Source: Octopus bimaculoides (taxonomy: Eukaryota). From it: DNA of 37,859 nucleotides. Below the pieces are notes generated by a model, which did not search any database, was not told the origin of the DNA, and saw only the letters and a program-made list of their open reading frames with translations. Where the stretch lies: positions 166,398,517 to 166,436,375 of the forward strand of contig NC_068981.1 of the NCBI RefSeq assembly GCF_001194135.2. The letters run 5' to 3'. Below, one piece after another: positions 34,776 through 37,859 of the stretch. Both the position numbers and the translations under genes were made by a program. Every line of letters starts with the position of its first letter. Position 1 is the stretch's first letter.

Positions 34776-35866
34776 ATATCTAACTATAAAGATTAGCAGT
34801 TTCCTCTGCTATATCAAATGATAGACCATGACAGTTGGTTAGACATTGTACTAGAATAAAAAGAAATGAGCATAAAACAACTATTGTTATTGCCAAATTT
34901 AGTTACAAATGTAAAAAATGCAATTAAATTATGTAGCACAAAGTTTAAAGTGTAGCTTCTATTTTGACCCTTATGACACTATCACTACTGTTTTTCACCT
35001 GCTGATATAACTATAACTGTCACTTTAAAACACCCGGATTAATTAATATTAATTGTTAACATTATTTCCTTAGGAGCAGTATTATTGAAATAATGAATTT
35101 TGGTGCCCTGACTGTTTTTCGCTGTAAAAATTTTGCAGTTTCTTGACATGGCTGAATTTTATCTGACTAATTTCTATCGAATTTGGTAATTTGGAAACTT
35201 GTAATATTCTTTTTGTATGTTAGACACATATTTTTGAAAAGCTAAGTATAATTTTGGACACACATATATCATTTTATTTCTAAATTTATGAATTTAACTC
35301 CCTACTTCCTATTTCTAACATAAAACAAATATATGGATAAGCCAATAGCATTGCATTCTGAGCCAATATAACTGAAAGTTTTTGTTAGGTAGAAGTTAGA
35401 TTATAGCAGTATTTATTTTCCTGAAATTTAATGTGAGATGTAAATAATTATTTTGGTTATAACCAATCTAAATAAATAAGACTATGACTAATTACACATA
35501 AATAGCCAGGAGATGAAATGAAAAATTTATATTATTTCAGTTCAGGAATTTCAGGTTTCTAAATAGAAGTTATGTCTCAACAACAAAAGTGCAAATAGTC
35601 AGCACCTAACTTAATTTATCTTCTTGCATATTAATATTTATTTATTTTTTTTTTTTTTGGTTGTTTTCCTCTTGAATTGTTTTAACATCACAGTGTTGTT
35701 TAATTTAATGTCATTGAGATATTGCTTTAATGGAATTTACATTTGTGCATTCTTAACGTCATCATTTAGTAACTTGAAGACCTAGAGGAGTAGTGTTTGC
35801 ATTGATGTCACTACCTCTGCTTCCATAAGATGGTGTTTTGATTGTCCTTATTTCCTCAAAAGGTTA

Positions 35867-36012
35867 AAGACACTTGCCCAAGGTGCCACGCAGTGGAACT
35901 GAACCCGGAACTATGTGGTTCATAAGCAAGCTACTTACCACACAGCCACTCCTACGCCTATAAGTGAAAGAAAATATTAATTTCTGAATTTAAAACTTAT
36001 AATGGGCAAAAA
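35867..36012. repeat. 146-bp near-exact direct duplicate of 34326-34471
   Basis: One mismatch (GGAACCATG vs GGAACTATG). Includes 92 nt of SINE head and 54 nt of non-SINE flank. Confidence 0.95.
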
Positions 36013-36709
36013 TTGTATCTGGCAAATGAATTTGTCAACCAATATTAAGTGCAGAAAAATAGTAATTGTTGTGCTCTGACTGAATCCACCTTGCTTGCTC
36101 CCATCATAACCCTCACCAGAAGTGGGAACATCTATTTGATTGCTTAATTTGCTAGAAATAGCAGTGAAATTCCCCTTAAATCACATTCCATTGATAAAGA
36201 GACACATTAGGTAATGTGATCTTAGGTTTCATGCACAAAGGAAAATTACAGGATGGTCAAAAATGGAATGCCACTGATCACAAGTCTGCTTGGTCAGGTT
36301 GATTCAGGATAAACAACAACAGATAACAGCAGCAGGCATTCAGTTTATTCTGTCAAGCTTATTCGGAAATAGACTGGACAGAATGGGGAATGTCTCATTG
36401 CATTCTGGCACTCCATTCAATTCATCACTGCATGAAGGAGTATGCAGTATATCCTCAAACCAGACAGAGGCATTGTATTTCCAGCATAATAGGTCTGTGG
36501 GTTGTACCTCATTATTTGTCCAATTAGTTATGTATATAGGTCTGCATAGCCAGAACTGACCTAGCCTACTTAAAATGTTTAACCATATAGGTAAGTTTTT
36601 GCTATTAGTTTGACTGTTCAAATCTTTCCATTGGTCCTGTGTCTATATTATTAGAGTCCACAAAATTCCAATCAGTTCTGTTGCTGTTTACATTTATTTC
36701 CTTTCAAAT

Positions 36710-37030
36710 AAGCATATGGTTTTGTGATTAGGGTGTTCGGCTTACAATCGTAAGGTCGGGAGTTCAATTCCCACCAGCGTTTTGTGTCCTTGAGCAGGAC
36801 TCTTTATTTCATATTGCTCCAGTCCACCCAGCTGGCAAAACTGAGTAGTGTCTATATTTTAAAGAGCCAGCCTTGTCACATTCTGTGTCATGTTGAATCT
36901 CCCTGAGAACTACATTAAGAGTATGCATTTCTGGGGATTGCTCAGCTACATGCACATTAATCTCACAAGCAGGCAATCCCATGGATCAGATCAACTGGGA
37001 TCTTCATCGTCATAACTGATGGAGTGCCAG
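36710..37030 (+). mobile_element. Diverged SINE related to family B
   Basis: GTGATTAGGGTG...GGAGTTCAATTCCC head. 3' half CCTTGTCACA...GAGAACTACATTAAG...GATCAACTGG...GGAGTGCCA is homologous to the 11424-11807 SINE. Confidence 0.75.
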
Positions 37031-37520
37031 TAATAATAATTTATAGCTTTGACGCAAGACCACATATTTGGGTAGGACATGATCGACTGAGTCAATCATA
37101 TTTAACCGGCACATATTTCATCAAGCTTGAAAGGATCAAAGGCAAAGTTGATCTAAGTGAGATTTGAACTTGGCACAAAAAAGAACAGAATTAAGCAGTA
37201 CCAAAAGATCTGGCATTCTACTGTTTCTGCAGATCCAGTTTTAATTTCTTTAATAAGGATATTAATTACAAAAATTCGACTTGGGACAACACACTGCATA
37301 TCCTAGGGAGAATGAGATAGTGAGACATACATGTTTTTTATTACTCAAAAGTATTAATGAAGATAAAAAAGTGAATCAACTTCAACAAACTGGTATGTAT
37401 CTTGGCAGGAAGTTATCTCTTGCTTTGTGATACAACAACAATAATAAAAAACAATTTCTTTTCAATACAAAATTCATGTTACTAAATTAGCTCTACTTAC
37501 ATCAGTAGTTATTTTGGTCT

Positions 37521-37859
37521 AAAGAGAATGAATGGGAGAAAGAGAGCCTGCTGTATGTCGACCCAATAGAGGGACCAGCTATCCGAGTTGATAGTACCAG
37601 GGTAGATAAAGCAATTAAGAGTATGAAGACCGGGAAAGCCCCCGGCCCATCAGGAATCACTGCAGAGATGCTCAAAATATCTGGCAGTGTTGGCTATAGC
37701 CTAGTCACCCGTATTACGAACCAGGTGATACACGAGGGAGTCATACCCAATGACTGGTGTAGCAGCATCATAGTCAACTGCTACAAAGGTAAAGGTGACG
37801 CTTTAGATACAAATAATTACAGAGGCATCAAGCTGTTAGATCAGGTTATGAAAGTTACA
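37521..37859 (+). mobile_element. RTE-clade LINE ORF fragment (RT N-terminal region), 5'-truncated, runs off the window end
   Basis: 113 open codons: ...AIKSMKTGKAPGPSGITAEMLK...IPNDWCSSIIVNCYKGKGDALDTNNYRGIKLLDQVMKVT (KxPG, W..S.I...YKGKGD, NYRGIKLL motifs). Missing from the ORF track, probably because it has no stop in the window. Confidence 0.92.

Larger units (their letters stand above)
2835..36270. repeat. Dispersed unclassified repeat family D (many diverged fragments; span covers first to last copy)
   Basis: Recurring motifs CTAGAAATAGCAGCYAAAT and GCAGACC.ATGATCAAAGGCA.TCCAGC...GACCAT in either orientation near 2835/3511, 7452, 11147, 11343, 15790, 20620, 20945, 27480, 29230, 30775, 30975, 31155 and 36148. 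Confidence 0.6.

Noticed and set aside
35129-35175. Plus candidate micro-exon FLDMAEFYLTNFYRI and similar short frames near 28607 and 33561
   Set aside because: Weak donors, no consistent phase chain, and no recognisable protein.
36290-36621. Overlapping 89-aa and 93-aa ORFs on opposite strands
   Set aside because: No recognisable domain. The minus strand has only a faint LINE-like YNASVW segment, and the nearby TAG|GTAAGT donor has stops in all frames.

Overview
AT-rich eukaryotic DNA, essentially intronic or intergenic, with four assembly gaps (N runs at 1521-1767, 9972-10654, 14253-14262, 16894-17355). The repeat families look like those of octopod cephalopods (Octopus); this is an inference from recalled repeat sequences plus the TTAGGG motif, not a database match. 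No complete host gene could be assembled; only a few weak candidate exons are reported. The window is mostly transposon-derived: two Tigger/pogo remnants, a hAT (DUF4371-type) transposase 5' fragment, a Charlie-type hAT MITE, a piggyBac-type MITE, a Helitron with a RepHel fragment, RTE, RTE-X-like and CR1 LINE pieces, and at least three tRNA-derived SINE families. Most ORF-track entries are microsatellite, gap or antisense artefacts. The most unusual object is a 237-bp, CpG-rich, near-perfect palindromic MITE (17982-18218) with 87-bp arms, an exact 9-bp target duplication and a telomere-repeat core. A related solo end sits inside a cluster of foldback elements at 21.6-22.8 kb. I found no evidence for a new protein-coding system.
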